From Cetobacterium sp. (lineage in GTDB: Bacteria; Fusobacteriota; Fusobacteriia; Fusobacteriales; Fusobacteriaceae), in contig NZ_JBOFXD010000050.1 in the NCBI RefSeq assembly GCF_051653945.1, positions 4,475 to 68,474 on the forward strand: a stretch of 64,000 nucleotides of DNA, written 5' to 3'. A model generated the notes under the pieces. It worked only from the letters and a program-made list of their open reading frames with translations. It made no database searches and was not told the origin of the DNA. Each line of letters begins with the position of its first letter. The first letter of the stretch is position 1. Positions 10,579-20,752 of the stretch are shown in pieces. Both the position numbers and the translations under genes were made by a program.

Positions 10579-12798
10579 ATGAAATGGAAAATTCTTAAGT
10601 ATGTTGCCATATTTATTGTATCTTTAGGCATTGTTGGAGGAATTGGAGCAAGTCTTTTAGTAAATAAATACTATAAAGAACTACCAAATGTTTCAGAGCT
10701 AGTTGAGAATTATAGTCCTCCTATTCCTACTACAATTTATGATAGAAATGGACAAGTAATTGATGTTATTTCAAAAGAAACAAGAGAACCTGTGGATATA
10801 GAACGTATACCACAAAATTTACAAAATGCTTTTATAGCCATAGAGGATAGACAGTTTTTATCGCACTATGGAATCGATCCATTTAGAATTTTGGGTTCTG
10901 CCATAGTCAACTTAAAGTCTGGAAGAGCAGCTCAGGGTGGAAGTACAATAACTCAGCAATTAGCTAGAAATGCTTTTCTATCTCATGAAAAAAAGTTCTC
11001 TAGAAAAATAAAAGAGATTATAATCACGTTTGAAATTGAAAGAAAGTATACAAAAGATGAAATAATGGAGAAGTATCTAAATGAAATCTATTTTGGTTCA
11101 GGTGCTTATGGTGTAAAAACAGCAGCTCATAACTTTTTTAGAAAAGATGTCAATGATGTTAATCTAGCTGAGTCTGCTCTTTTAGCAGGAATCCCAAATA
11201 GACCAAACATGTACAATCCAAGAACTAATCTTGAAAAATCTTTAGTTAGACAAAAACTTATATTAAAACAGATGCAAAAATTTGGCTTAATAACTGAAAC
11301 TGAGTACAGTAATGCTTTAAATCATAAATTTGTAAATGAATCAAAAGCTTTATCAAAAGATTTCAAAGATGAAAACACAACGATAATTTATAATGCTCTT
11401 GATAAGAAGATAGAGTTTAATGCTCCAGATTTTACAGATTTAGTTCAGAAGTTTCTATTTGAAAATTTTGAAGAGAAACAGATTTATAACGATGGACTTC
11501 TTGTTCAAACTACTTTAGATTTAAACATTCAAAAAGTTGCTAAAGATAAATTTGAAAACTATCCACGTTTAAAAAATGATAAAAAACTTCAAGGTGCTAT
11601 GATAACAATCGATGCTAAAAATGGAGAGGTTATAAGTATTATAGGTGGAAAAGACTTTAAAACTGGAAACTTCAATAGAGCTGTTCAAGCTAAGCGTCAG
11701 GTTGGGTCATCTTTCAAACCTTTCATCTATTATACAGCTTTAGAAAAAGGGTTTGAAGAAAACTTAGTTGTAGAGGATTCAAGAATTGTATTTGGAACTT
11801 GGGCTCCTAGAAACTTTGGAGAGAGATATTATAACGGTATGACATTGATGCAAGGTTTTGATAAATCTCAGAATATAGTTTCTATAAAACTTTTAAATAA
11901 AGTTGGAATCCCAGCTCTTATGGATACTATGAAGAAAATTGATGCTGGATTTGTTGTACCAAACAATTTAACAGCAGCTTTAGGAACAACTGAGGGAACT
12001 CCACTACAGGTAGCTCAATCATATGCAGTTTTTGCAAATGGTGGATATTCAATTAAACCATTCTATGTTATAAAGGTATCTGATAAGTTTGGAAATACTT
12101 TATATGAGGCTAAACCTCAAATAGAACAAAAATTTGAAAGTGCTGACATTGCCCTTATGACTAACATGATGAAAAACTCTGTTAAGCAAGGAACAAGTAG
12201 AAGTGCTCAAGTTAAAATAAACAATGTCCCTATTGAGCAGGGAGGAAAAACTGGTACTACCAATAACTCTAGAACAGTTTGGTATTCAGGTATGACTCCA
12301 GATTATGTTACAACAATATATGTTGGATATGACAATAATGATCCTTTATACAAAGCAACAGGAGGGGGAGTAGCAGCACCTCTTTGGAAAAATTTCTACC
12401 AAGAGATTATAGAAAAAGGTTACTACACTCCAACTACATTTACATTCCTAGATAACCATGTTAAAAATGGAGATTTAACTTATCAAGAGTTAGATCCTAT
12501 ATCTGGATTATTAAATGGTAGTCCTTCTGACAAAACTTTCCTATTGAGAAGAGGAAGAATTGCAGTGGAGAAAGACAGTAAATATACTAATGGTATTGCA
12601 GGTGTTCTTGGATACTATGTTCCTACTCAAGAGACAACTTCAAAAAGTGAAGCTATGTCTTCTGATGAGGTAACTGGTCCTCCAGTCACACAACAAGTTA
12701 CTCAACCAGTGCAACAGCAGCAACAAAATCAACAAAAACCTCAACAACAAAAGAAAGAGGAGAAAAAAGGATTCTTCCAAAAATTGTTCAATTTCTAA
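10579..12798 (+). CDS. Class A penicillin-binding protein (PBP1A family)
   Basis: N-terminal TM; transglycosylase EDRQF/QGGSTITQQLAR/RKIKE; transpeptidase SSFK, SQN and KTGT. Confidence 0.95.
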   Translation: MKWKILKYVAIFIVSLGIVGGIGASLLVNKYYKELPNVSELVENYSPPIPTTIYDRNGQVIDVISKETREPVDIERIPQNLQNAFIAIEDRQFLSHYGIDPFRILGSAIVNLKSGRAAQGGSTITQQLARNAFLSHEKKFSRKIKEIIITFEIERKYTKDEIMEKYLNEIYFGSGAYGVKTAAHNFFRKDVNDVNLAESALLAGIPNRPNMYNPRTNLEKSLVRQKLILKQMQKFGLITETEYSNALNHKFVNESKALSKDFKDENTTIIYNALDKKIEFNAPDFTDLVQKFLFENFEEKQIYNDGLLVQTTLDLNIQKVAKDKFENYPRLKNDKKLQGAMITIDAKNGEVISIIGGKDFKTGNFNRAVQAKRQVGSSFKPFIYYTALEKGFEENLVVEDSRIVFGTWAPRNFGERYYNGMTLMQGFDKSQNIVSIKLLNKVGIPALMDTMKKIDAGFVVPNNLTAALGTTEGTPLQVAQSYAVFANGGYSIKPFYVIKVSDKFGNTLYEAKPQIEQKFESADIALMTNMMKNSVKQGTSRSAQVKINNVPIEQGGKTGTTNNSRTVWYSGMTPDYVTTIYVGYDNNDPLYKATGGGVAAPLWKNFYQEIIEKGYYTPTTFTFLDNHVKNGDLTYQELDPISGLLNGSPSDKTFLLRRGRIAVEKDSKYTNGIAGVLGYYVPTQETTSKSEAMSSDEVTGPPVTQQVTQPVQQQQQNQQKPQQQKKEEKKGFFQKLFNF

Positions 12799-12804
12799 CT
12801 ATAC

Positions 12805-12845
12805 AAAAGGAGAGAGAAGTTAATTCTTCTCTCTCCTTTCTATTT
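12805..12845. terminator. Bidirectional terminator
   Basis: AAAGGAGAGAGAAG-ttaatt-CTTCTCTCTCCTTT. Confidence 0.75.
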
Positions 12846-12857
12846 TATATGATATTT

Positions 12858-13655
12858 TTATAAAAATATCTCTTGAAGTTTCTTTGCTACTCCATTTTCT
12901 GCATTAGTATTTATCACTTCATTCTCAGGTAATAAAGCTTTTAATCTCGGACTTCCATTTCCCATGATAAATCCTTTTCCTACAGATGATAGCATTTCAA
13001 GGTCATTTAGTCCATCTCCAAAAGCGATTGTATCTTTAAGATCAATACCCTCAGCTTTTAAAACTTCCTCTATTGCACTAGCTTTAGAAACGCCCTCTCT
13101 CATAACCTCTAAACAAGATCCAAGAGAAAGAGTGATATTTAATCCTTCATTAAATTGTTTTCTTAATTTTTTCTCTAATTCAGAGATATGCTCTTCATCA
13201 TCACATATAAAGAAAAATTTTGTAATCTCTTTTCCTACTAAAGATTGGAAAGGAGCTATCACATGATGAAATCCTGATTCTTTATGAAAAAGTAGTGCGT
13301 CCTCTAAAGGTTTCTCCGCATACCACTCCTCATCTAAATAGACATTCTTATGTAATTTTTCATTATAATTATAATTTAATAACTCTTTAGATAAATGAGC
13401 TGGAATATTGTGAGATATAATCTCTTTGTTATTATAGTCATGCACCTTAGCACCATTTGAAGTGATTAAGAAGCTATCTAACTCTAACATATCTTTAAAT
13501 GTTATTGCATCATTGTGGTGTCTTCCTGTCGCTATTATAAACTTCACTCCAGAATTTACAACCTTTCTTATAGTTTCTTTTGTTTCTTCAGATATAGTGT
13601 GATGCTCATTTAAAAGTGTTCCATCTAAGTCACATATAATTGCTTTGTATTTCAT
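12858..13655 (-). CDS. Cof-type HAD-IIB hydrolase
   Basis: DLDGTLL, ATGR, SKASA and AFGDGLNDLEM motifs. Confidence 0.93.
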   Translation of the reverse strand: MKYKAIICDLDGTLLNEHHTISEETKETIRKVVNSGVKFIIATGRHHNDAITFKDMLELDSFLITSNGAKVHDYNNKEIISHNIPAHLSKELLNYNYNEKLHKNVYLDEEWYAEKPLEDALLFHKESGFHHVIAPFQSLVGKEITKFFFICDDEEHISELEKKLRKQFNEGLNITLSLGSCLEVMREGVSKASAIEEVLKAEGIDLKDTIAFGDGLNDLEMLSSVGKGFIMGNGSPRLKALLPENEVINTNAENGVAKKLQEIFL

Positions 13656-13673
13656 TTGTTCTCCTTAAAATTT

Positions 13674-14414
13674 TTAGAAGTAGTACTTTGCTCCTACTCC
13701 TACTAAATATAAAACTCCGTCGTCTACAATAGGTGAGTCTGAAATCTCACTAGAGAATTTCTCCACACCTAAGAATGCCATAAGAGCCACGTTGTCAGTT
13801 AATCTATAATCAGCTGTTAAATTAAGCCCCATTGAATAAGCTGAATCCGCTTTATAAGCTCTGTCAATTTTACTATTTCTTTTTGCTTCGTCTGAAGTTA
13901 CACCAAAGTAATAATCAGTATAATCTCCTGAATATCCTTTAACATGAATAGAAGGTACTATTGTAAGTTTGTCATCTACTTTATAAGCTTTAAATGCACT
14001 TATCTTTCCCTCTCCTCCGTGTTCTCCTACTTGAGCAGAAAGCCCAGTTCTAACTCCGTAGAATCCAGTATCAGCATCTAATCTAATTCCAAACATAGCT
14101 TGGAACTTTCTATCATCAATATTGTCGTATCCTTTTGCTAAGTCAGCACCATCTACAGCAAATCCAGCTAATGGATCAACAAATAGCGACGCAGCAAAAG
14201 CATCATCTTTATAAAATTGGTATCCTACAGTTACACCTTTAACATATAAATCATAATAATTAATATCTAATAGAGGCATTGGATATGCTTTATCTTCTGC
14301 ACCCTTATACATACTGTCTGAAACTCCTACTCCAGCTCCTATCCCAAATTTATTTTCAGCTAATGCTGTAGCAGAAAGCGTTAATGCTAATAACCCCATT
14401 AATATTTTCTTCAT
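13674..14414 (-). CDS. MipA/OmpV family outer-membrane beta-barrel protein
   Basis: Signal peptide from ATG 14414 (SD GGGAGG); beta-strand pattern; C-terminal aromatic (KYYF); YYFGV motif. Confidence 0.85.
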   Translation of the reverse strand: MKKILMGLLALTLSATALAENKFGIGAGVGVSDSMYKGAEDKAYPMPLLDINYYDLYVKGVTVGYQFYKDDAFAASLFVDPLAGFAVDGADLAKGYDNIDDRKFQAMFGIRLDADTGFYGVRTGLSAQVGEHGGEGKISAFKAYKVDDKLTIVPSIHVKGYSGDYTDYYFGVTSDEAKRNSKIDRAYKADSAYSMGLNLTADYRLTDNVALMAFLGVEKFSSEISDSPIVDDGVLYLVGVGAKYYF

Positions 14415-14430
14415 ATTAATCCTCCCTAAG

Positions 14431-16233
14431 TCACTTTTTCCCATAACTTTTTTCTTCTCTTTTAACTTTTATAAAGTTATATTTCCCAGATACTTTTCTT
14501 TTAAAATTAAAAAGATTATTTGTTGGAAATATTCCAATTCTTCTAATTTCAAATAGATCATCAGAAAAAACTATACTACCTGAATCAGTAGCTACTGCAA
14601 ACTCATAGCCAGCCTCTTGAGGTATTCTTTTTACCTCTTCATTTAAACTACCATAAGGATATGCAAAAGATAATAAATCTTTTCCTATTATTTTTTCAAT
14701 ATTAGATTTTGAATTAATTATCTCAGATTTTACCTGTTCAATTGACAATTCCCCTAGTCTTGGATGAGTAGATGTATGCCCACCAAACTCTATTCCATAG
14801 TTTTGCATCTCTAGAAGTTCATCTTGATTCATTAAAGTAAATCTTTTTTCAGGATTTTCAAGATTGTCCACATCCCATTTATTATACTCTATCCCATCTA
14901 GTATATATATAATACCTTTAAATTGATATTTTTTCAAGATAGGAAAAGCATTTTCATAGTTATCTTTATATCCATCATCAAACGTAAGCATAACCCATTT
15001 CTTATCTTTATCAAATCTTTGTTTATACCTATTATTTAGCAAATCTTCAAAAGTTACAGTTTCGTATCCTTTCTTTTTAAGGTATTTCATCTGTTCTTCG
15101 AACTGCTCAGTAGTTACATAAGTGCCGTGAACTCCCTTTTCACTTTCATCTTTTATAACTCTGTGGTACATAATAACAGGCATCTCATATTTTTTCTTTT
15201 TTACAATCTCTCTTTGATAAATCTTTTCAATATTCTCAACTATAGACTCTATTGAGAACTCCTCTATAATTTTTTCTCTTAAAGACTTTAAATCATCTTT
15301 ACTTATATTGAAACCTTTATCAATTTCTGGGATAACATCTATCCATCTAAATGTAGGAGTCTTATTTAAAGAGATATCCCCAAAATTTGATTTTAAAGCT
15401 GTATTTAATCTATCTAAAGTTACAATTCCTACAGACTCCGCTTCTCCTATTGCTAAAATAGGAACTTCACAAAGAATAGATTCAACTGCAACTCTTCCTG
15501 CTCCTATAACAATAGAGGACTCTCTTATTTTCTCAGAAACATTATTCACATATCCTAAAAATTCAACATTCCCTGTAAATTTTTTAAATCTTGCTGGAAC
15601 CTCTTTTCCTCCAATAACTTGAATCTTAAAATCTTTTCTTTTATGAAGGATATCAAGTAAGTTGTAAGTAACATCTCCCTTAGGTCCAGAAAGTCTTCCT
15701 ATTATAGATATAACTTTTTGATTCTTTTGTATATCGTCAACAGATTTTTTTTGATACTCCTTTGTATTGATCATATTTCTAAGAACTGTTATATTTTCAG
15801 GTTTAACCTTTAAATCATTAACAACATGATCTCTTATATTTTCACAAACACTTAAAGAGTAATCTCCAAATGCTTTAACTATTTTTCTACTCAAGTGCAC
15901 AGGTTGTCTCCCGTGTATTGTTGTAATCAGGGGAATCTTTGCTATTTTACAAGCTATTGCACAACTCCAAGATGATGCTCTTGAATGAGCATGTACAACT
16001 TGAATATCCTTCTCTTTTATAATCTTAAGAAGTTTTCTAACTTGGCTAACTCTATCTTTAAATTTTCTTTTATTAAACTCTATTTTTTCATATTGTGCAT
16101 TTGTAGGTTTAGTTAAAGTATCTGAAACTATATAAACTTTATTCCCTCTCCTAATAAGTTCATCACTTAGAACTGTTCCGTACACCTCAGCACCAGTTAC
16201 TTCTAACTGTGAAAGTGCCATAAGTATATTCAT
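14431..16233 (-). CDS. GT4 glycosyltransferase fused to a C-terminal polysaccharide deacetylase (NodB/CE4)
   Basis: N-terminal TGAEVY/HAHSR/TIHG GT4 pattern; C-terminal PVIMYHRV, LTFDDGY, GGHTSTH and FAYPYG. Confidence 0.88.
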   Translation of the reverse strand: MNILMALSQLEVTGAEVYGTVLSDELIRRGNKVYIVSDTLTKPTNAQYEKIEFNKRKFKDRVSQVRKLLKIIKEKDIQVVHAHSRASSWSCAIACKIAKIPLITTIHGRQPVHLSRKIVKAFGDYSLSVCENIRDHVVNDLKVKPENITVLRNMINTKEYQKKSVDDIQKNQKVISIIGRLSGPKGDVTYNLLDILHKRKDFKIQVIGGKEVPARFKKFTGNVEFLGYVNNVSEKIRESSIVIGAGRVAVESILCEVPILAIGEAESVGIVTLDRLNTALKSNFGDISLNKTPTFRWIDVIPEIDKGFNISKDDLKSLREKIIEEFSIESIVENIEKIYQREIVKKKKYEMPVIMYHRVIKDESEKGVHGTYVTTEQFEEQMKYLKKKGYETVTFEDLLNNRYKQRFDKDKKWVMLTFDDGYKDNYENAFPILKKYQFKGIIYILDGIEYNKWDVDNLENPEKRFTLMNQDELLEMQNYGIEFGGHTSTHPRLGELSIEQVKSEIINSKSNIEKIIGKDLLSFAYPYGSLNEEVKRIPQEAGYEFAVATDSGSIVFSDDLFEIRRIGIFPTNNLFNFKRKVSGKYNFIKVKREEKSYGKK

Positions 16234-16248
16234 TATTAAATCCTCCTA

Positions 16249-17376
16249 CTACTTTAAATTTTCTGGATTCAATACTTCTAACTCTTCAATTACAAAGATA
16301 CCATCTTTTCTAATTAAAACATCATCAAACCAAATCTCTCCACCACCGAAGTCTGGTCTTTGAATTAGAACTAAATCCCAATGTATAGCCGATTTATTTC
16401 CATTATCAGCTAATTTATATGCTTGCCCTGGAGTTAAATGTATACTTCCAGCAATTTTTTCATCAAATAGTGTATCCTTCATAGGTTTTAAAATATATGG
16501 ATTTACACCTATTGCAAATTCACCAATGTGTCTTGCTCCATCATCTGTATTTAAAATTTCATTTAATCTTTCAGTATTGTTCGAAGTAGCTTCTATAATT
16601 TTTCCATTTTCAAATTTGAAACAAACATTTTCAAAAGTTGTTCCTTGATAAACAGATGGAGTATTATATGATATGATTCCATTTATAGAATCTCTTACTG
16701 GAGCTGAGTAAACCTCTCCATCAGGTATATTTCTAAGTCCACAACATTTTACTGATGGGATATCCTTTATAGAGAATGTTAAATCTGTTCCAGGTCCAAC
16801 AATTCTAACTTTATCTGTTCTATCTAAAAGTGCTGTTAAAGAATCCATAGCTCTACTCATTTTAGAATAATCTAAGTTACAAACATTATAATAGAAATCT
16901 TCAAAAGACTCTAAAGATGTATTTGCAAGTTGAGCCATTGAATTATTAGGATATCTCAGTACAACCCATTTTGTATTATTAACTCTTTCTGATAAATGAA
17001 CTGGCTTCATAAAGTAATCTGTATATATTTTCATTTTAGCTGAATCTATATCAGATAATTCTGATGCATTCTCAGAACCTCTAATAGCAATATAAGCATC
17101 CATGTCTTTCATTCTTTCTAATTCATATTTTGCCATTAACTCTGCCTGTGTTTGATCCATACCTTTTAAAAGTTCTCTTGTAACACTTTGATCTTTTATT
17201 GTCACAAAAGGGTGTCCTCCAGCAGCGTAAACCTCTTTTACTAAAGCTTTAACTAAATTCTTAGAGTCCTCTCCTATAGATTCAATTAAAACCTTTTCTC
17301 CTTTTTGTACTCTACATGAGTAAGTAACTAAATTTTTTGCTAGTATTTCAATTCTTTGATCCACGGTAACCTCCAT
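16249..17376 (-). CDS. Aminopeptidase, M29 (AmpS/AmpT) family
   Basis: NIPDGEVYSAP, GEFAIG, TLFDEKIAGSIHL and SAIHWD motifs. Confidence 0.92.
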   Translation of the reverse strand: MEVTVDQRIEILAKNLVTYSCRVQKGEKVLIESIGEDSKNLVKALVKEVYAAGGHPFVTIKDQSVTRELLKGMDQTQAELMAKYELERMKDMDAYIAIRGSENASELSDIDSAKMKIYTDYFMKPVHLSERVNNTKWVVLRYPNNSMAQLANTSLESFEDFYYNVCNLDYSKMSRAMDSLTALLDRTDKVRIVGPGTDLTFSIKDIPSVKCCGLRNIPDGEVYSAPVRDSINGIISYNTPSVYQGTTFENVCFKFENGKIIEATSNNTERLNEILNTDDGARHIGEFAIGVNPYILKPMKDTLFDEKIAGSIHLTPGQAYKLADNGNKSAIHWDLVLIQRPDFGGGEIWFDDVLIRKDGIFVIEELEVLNPENLK

Positions 17377-17498
17377 TTAATCACGTATTATATTCTATAA
17401 TTATACAATGAAAAGTTATAAATATATAGTTAATTTTTTACAAATCCTCTTTTAAGTTAAAAAAAAGATGTTATAATAACATATTATGTGGAGGTGAT

Positions 17499-18236
17499 TT
17501 GATGAAACTATTTTTTTCCCCAAGCAAGGGAATGCACTATAAAACTTTTAAATATTCTGAGGATAATGATATTACAAATATTCCATTTAAAGAGAAAACA
17601 GACTTTTTAGTATCAGTCTTAAAAAATTTTTCTGAAGATGAGGTTTCAACTAAATTAAAAATAAAAGGTAAGATACTAGATGATGTTTTAAATATATATA
17701 GTAATTTTTATAATCAAGTGGAGAGAGAAGCTATCGCTCTTTATGATGGTGTTAGTTATAAGCAACTATGTATAGAAAATTTTTCTAGAGAAAGCTATAA
17801 CTATATGAGAGATAATGTTTTTATCTTTTCAGCTTTATATGGAGTTTTAAATGCCTGTACTCCAATAAAACCATACCGTTTAGATATGACAAATAAAATA
17901 CTTGAAATATCTCCATACGATTTCTGGAGAGAGGACATAGAAAACTATTTACTACAGTTTAAAAATGAAACTTTTATAAATATTGCGTCAAATGAGTTTT
18001 CTAAAATTTTAAACAGAAAAGTTTTTAATGTGGTAGATATTGAGTTTAGACAATATGAGGGAGATAAAATAAAAAATATTAGTACAGAAGCTAAAAAAGC
18101 TAGAGGTGCCTTATTAAATTATCTTATTGAGAATAAAATAGATTGTGTTGAAGATATTAGAAATTTTAACTCTCTTGGCTATATATTTTCTTCAGAACTA
18201 TCTTCTGAAAAAGCTATTTTCTTCATAAAAAAATAG
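17499..18236 (+). CDS. yaaA: YaaA family (peroxide stress/DNA-binding) protein
   Basis: FSPSK, LYDGVSY, SALYG, PYRLDM and AKKARG motifs. Confidence 0.88.
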   Translation: MMKLFFSPSKGMHYKTFKYSEDNDITNIPFKEKTDFLVSVLKNFSEDEVSTKLKIKGKILDDVLNIYSNFYNQVEREAIALYDGVSYKQLCIENFSRESYNYMRDNVFIFSALYGVLNACTPIKPYRLDMTNKILEISPYDFWREDIENYLLQFKNETFINIASNEFSKILNRKVFNVVDIEFRQYEGDKIKNISTEAKKARGALLNYLIENKIDCVEDIRNFNSLGYIFSSELSSEKAIFFIKK

Positions 18237-18260
18237 GTTAGATTTTTCTAACCTATTTTT
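18231..18260. terminator. Bidirectional terminator
   Basis: AAATAGGTTAG-ATTTTT-CTAACCTATTT. Confidence 0.7.
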
Positions 18261-19740
18261 TATCTATCAAATCAGCAACTATTTTAGCTGATCCATAAAT
18301 AGTAGGAAGTCCACTTCCTGGATGAGTTCCACCACCGACTACAAATAAATTTTTATATCCTTCCAATTCATTATGCGGTCTAAACCATAACATCTGCATA
18401 ATATTATGCGATAGATTGAATACAGCACCTCTATATACATCATAGTCTAACTCCCAATCATTTGGAGTTATTACTTTTAACTCCTCAATGTGATCTCTTA
18501 TCCCTTTAAACTCTCCTATTTTTTCTAATTTATCTAAAAGAAGTTGAGTAAAATCATCCTTTTCTAATTCCCAATCTATTTGAGAGCTATTATTAGCTAC
18601 TGGAACTAAAACATAAACTGAAGATTTTCCTTTAGGAGCTAATGTAGTGTCTGTAACTGATGGATTTTGAATATAGAAAGAAAAATCTCCACCCACATCT
18701 TTATTTTCAGATATTTTTTTAACATTTTTTTTATAATCTTTTGCAAAAATTATGTTGTGATGAGAAATATTTTTATAAACTTTATTTATTCCTAAATACA
18801 GCATGAATGTTGAACACGAATATTTTTTCTTTTCTAAATTTTTATCAGAATACTTACTTCTCAACTCTTGTGGAATTAAATTTTTCATTGCTGTTGAAAA
18901 ATCAGCATTTATTATTACAGAATTTCCTTCTATAACACTTCCATTATCTAACTTAACACCGATAGCTTTTTTATCTTCAAACAGAATCTCCTTAACTGGA
19001 GTTTCTAAAAATATCTCCCCTCCTTTTTTTATAATGAGCTCACTCATTATCTTTGAAACTCTATTTAGTCCACCTTCAATATGAAAAACTCCATATTTAT
19101 GTTCAAGATATGAGATCATAGAAAAAGTTCCAGGAGCAACCCATGGGGACATTCCTATATACTTAGCTTGGAAAGTAAAAGATAATTTTAACTCCTCCTC
19201 TTTGTAATAATCTCCTAAAACATCATATATTGATCTATGAGCATCTAAATAAGGAATGGCTTTTAAAAAATTAGGTTTTAAATAATCAACCAAAGAAAGA
19301 TATGGAACTTTTAAACAAGGTTCTAGTTTTGAAAATTTTTTAGCCTCTCTATTCATATAGGCATCGTAAGATTTTGAGCTATATGGAAATATTTTTTCCA
19401 TCTCTCCATACATAAGAAATTTTTGATTATATGAATAGGGATTAAAATCATCTAGCCCATAAAATTTTAATCTATACATTGGATTTATTTCTATAAGATT
19501 TAACTGTTCGTCTAATCTCTCCCCAGATTCAATAAATATCTCCTCTAAAACTTGTGGCATTAGAAAAAATGTTGGTCCTAAATCGAATTTGTAATCTCCT
19601 AAATTAAAAGAAGAATTTCTTCCACCTACATAAGGTTTTTTCTCGTAAATTTTAACAGAATATCCTTTACTAGATAAAAGTAGTCCTGCTGCTAATCCTC
19701 CAGGACCAGCCCCTACAATTATAATTTTTTTCTTTTCCAT
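18253..19740 (-). CDS. Phytoene/diapophytoene desaturase family FAD oxidoreductase (CrtI/CrtN-like)
   Basis: IIVGAGPGGL Rossmann motif, FDLGPTF, VINADF and C-terminal GGGTHPGSGLP; start at ATG 19740. Confidence 0.88.
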   Translation of the reverse strand: MEKKKIIIVGAGPGGLAAGLLLSSKGYSVKIYEKKPYVGGRNSSFNLGDYKFDLGPTFFLMPQVLEEIFIESGERLDEQLNLIEINPMYRLKFYGLDDFNPYSYNQKFLMYGEMEKIFPYSSKSYDAYMNREAKKFSKLEPCLKVPYLSLVDYLKPNFLKAIPYLDAHRSIYDVLGDYYKEEELKLSFTFQAKYIGMSPWVAPGTFSMISYLEHKYGVFHIEGGLNRVSKIMSELIIKKGGEIFLETPVKEILFEDKKAIGVKLDNGSVIEGNSVIINADFSTAMKNLIPQELRSKYSDKNLEKKKYSCSTFMLYLGINKVYKNISHHNIIFAKDYKKNVKKISENKDVGGDFSFYIQNPSVTDTTLAPKGKSSVYVLVPVANNSSQIDWELEKDDFTQLLLDKLEKIGEFKGIRDHIEELKVITPNDWELDYDVYRGAVFNLSHNIMQMLWFRPHNELEGYKNLFVVGGGTHPGSGLPTIYGSAKIVADLIDKK

Positions 19741-19884
19741 TCCCTCACCTCCCATTACGTGTTTACTTTATATATTTTCATATATTAGTGTATACTCGAC
19801 CAAATTCAACTTTCTTTTTTAAAAACATTTTTTTTGTGATATAATTTTTCTAGCTATTTTAGTAATTGGAGGAGGTTTATAAAG

Positions 19885-20655
19885 GTGTTTGTTGAAGAAA
19901 GAAAACAAAGCATTTTAAATATATTAAAACAAAAAGAAAAAGTTTCTGTTAATGAATTAAGCGATCTTTTTTCTGTGAGTAAAGTTATCATCAGAAAAGA
20001 TCTCTGTCAAATGGAAGAGGAAAACCTTTTAATTAGAACTCATGGTGGAGCTATCTTAAAAAGAAAAGTTGTAGATAAGATTATTTTAAAAGATATTGCT
20101 AAAGAGGATTTAGAAGAAAAAACAGCATTAGCAGAAAAAGCTATTTCTCTTATTCAAGATGGGGATATAATTTTTTTAGACGATTCTACTGAAATGATAA
20201 TCGTTGCAGCACTTTTACAAAAGAGAAAAATAAAGATTTCTGTTATAAGTAACGTACTTGAAATACAAAAGATTTTATCTGAAAATAAAGGAATTGAGAT
20301 TATATCTTTAGGTGGAGTATATGATTCAAGAACAGATTCTTTTATAGGAGAAATGGCTCGAGAAAATTTAGAGTATTTTAATCCAAATAAGGTTTTTATA
20401 GGAATCGGTGGAATAAATGTAGATAAGATGCAGTTAAGTACCTATACTATTGATGAAGGAAAATTTAAAAGTACTGCACTTAAAGTCGGACAAGAAAGTT
20501 TTATAATAACTCAAAGTAAAAAATTTTATCAGGATTCTATATTTAATTTTTCTAAGATTAAAGAGGGAATGACAATTATTACAGATTATAATCTTTCTGA
20601 AGATTTTGAAAAAAAACTTATAGAAAACAACATTAAAATAATAAAACACAAATAA
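19885..20655 (+). CDS. DeoR/GlpR family transcriptional regulator
   Basis: HTH VSKVIIRKDL...RTHGGA followed by a sugar-binding domain. Confidence 0.9.
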   Translation: MFVEERKQSILNILKQKEKVSVNELSDLFSVSKVIIRKDLCQMEEENLLIRTHGGAILKRKVVDKIILKDIAKEDLEEKTALAEKAISLIQDGDIIFLDDSTEMIIVAALLQKRKIKISVISNVLEIQKILSENKGIEIISLGGVYDSRTDSFIGEMARENLEYFNPNKVFIGIGGINVDKMQLSTYTIDEGKFKSTALKVGQESFIITQSKKFYQDSIFNFSKIKEGMTIITDYNLSEDFEKKLIENNIKIIKHK

Positions 20656-20752
20656 CTTTAATCAGTTCTAGGGTAATGATTACTTCAGAACTAAAAAAAT
20701 CCCCTCTCATAATTATTGATTACTCTCTAATTAGGAGGGGGATTTTTATATA

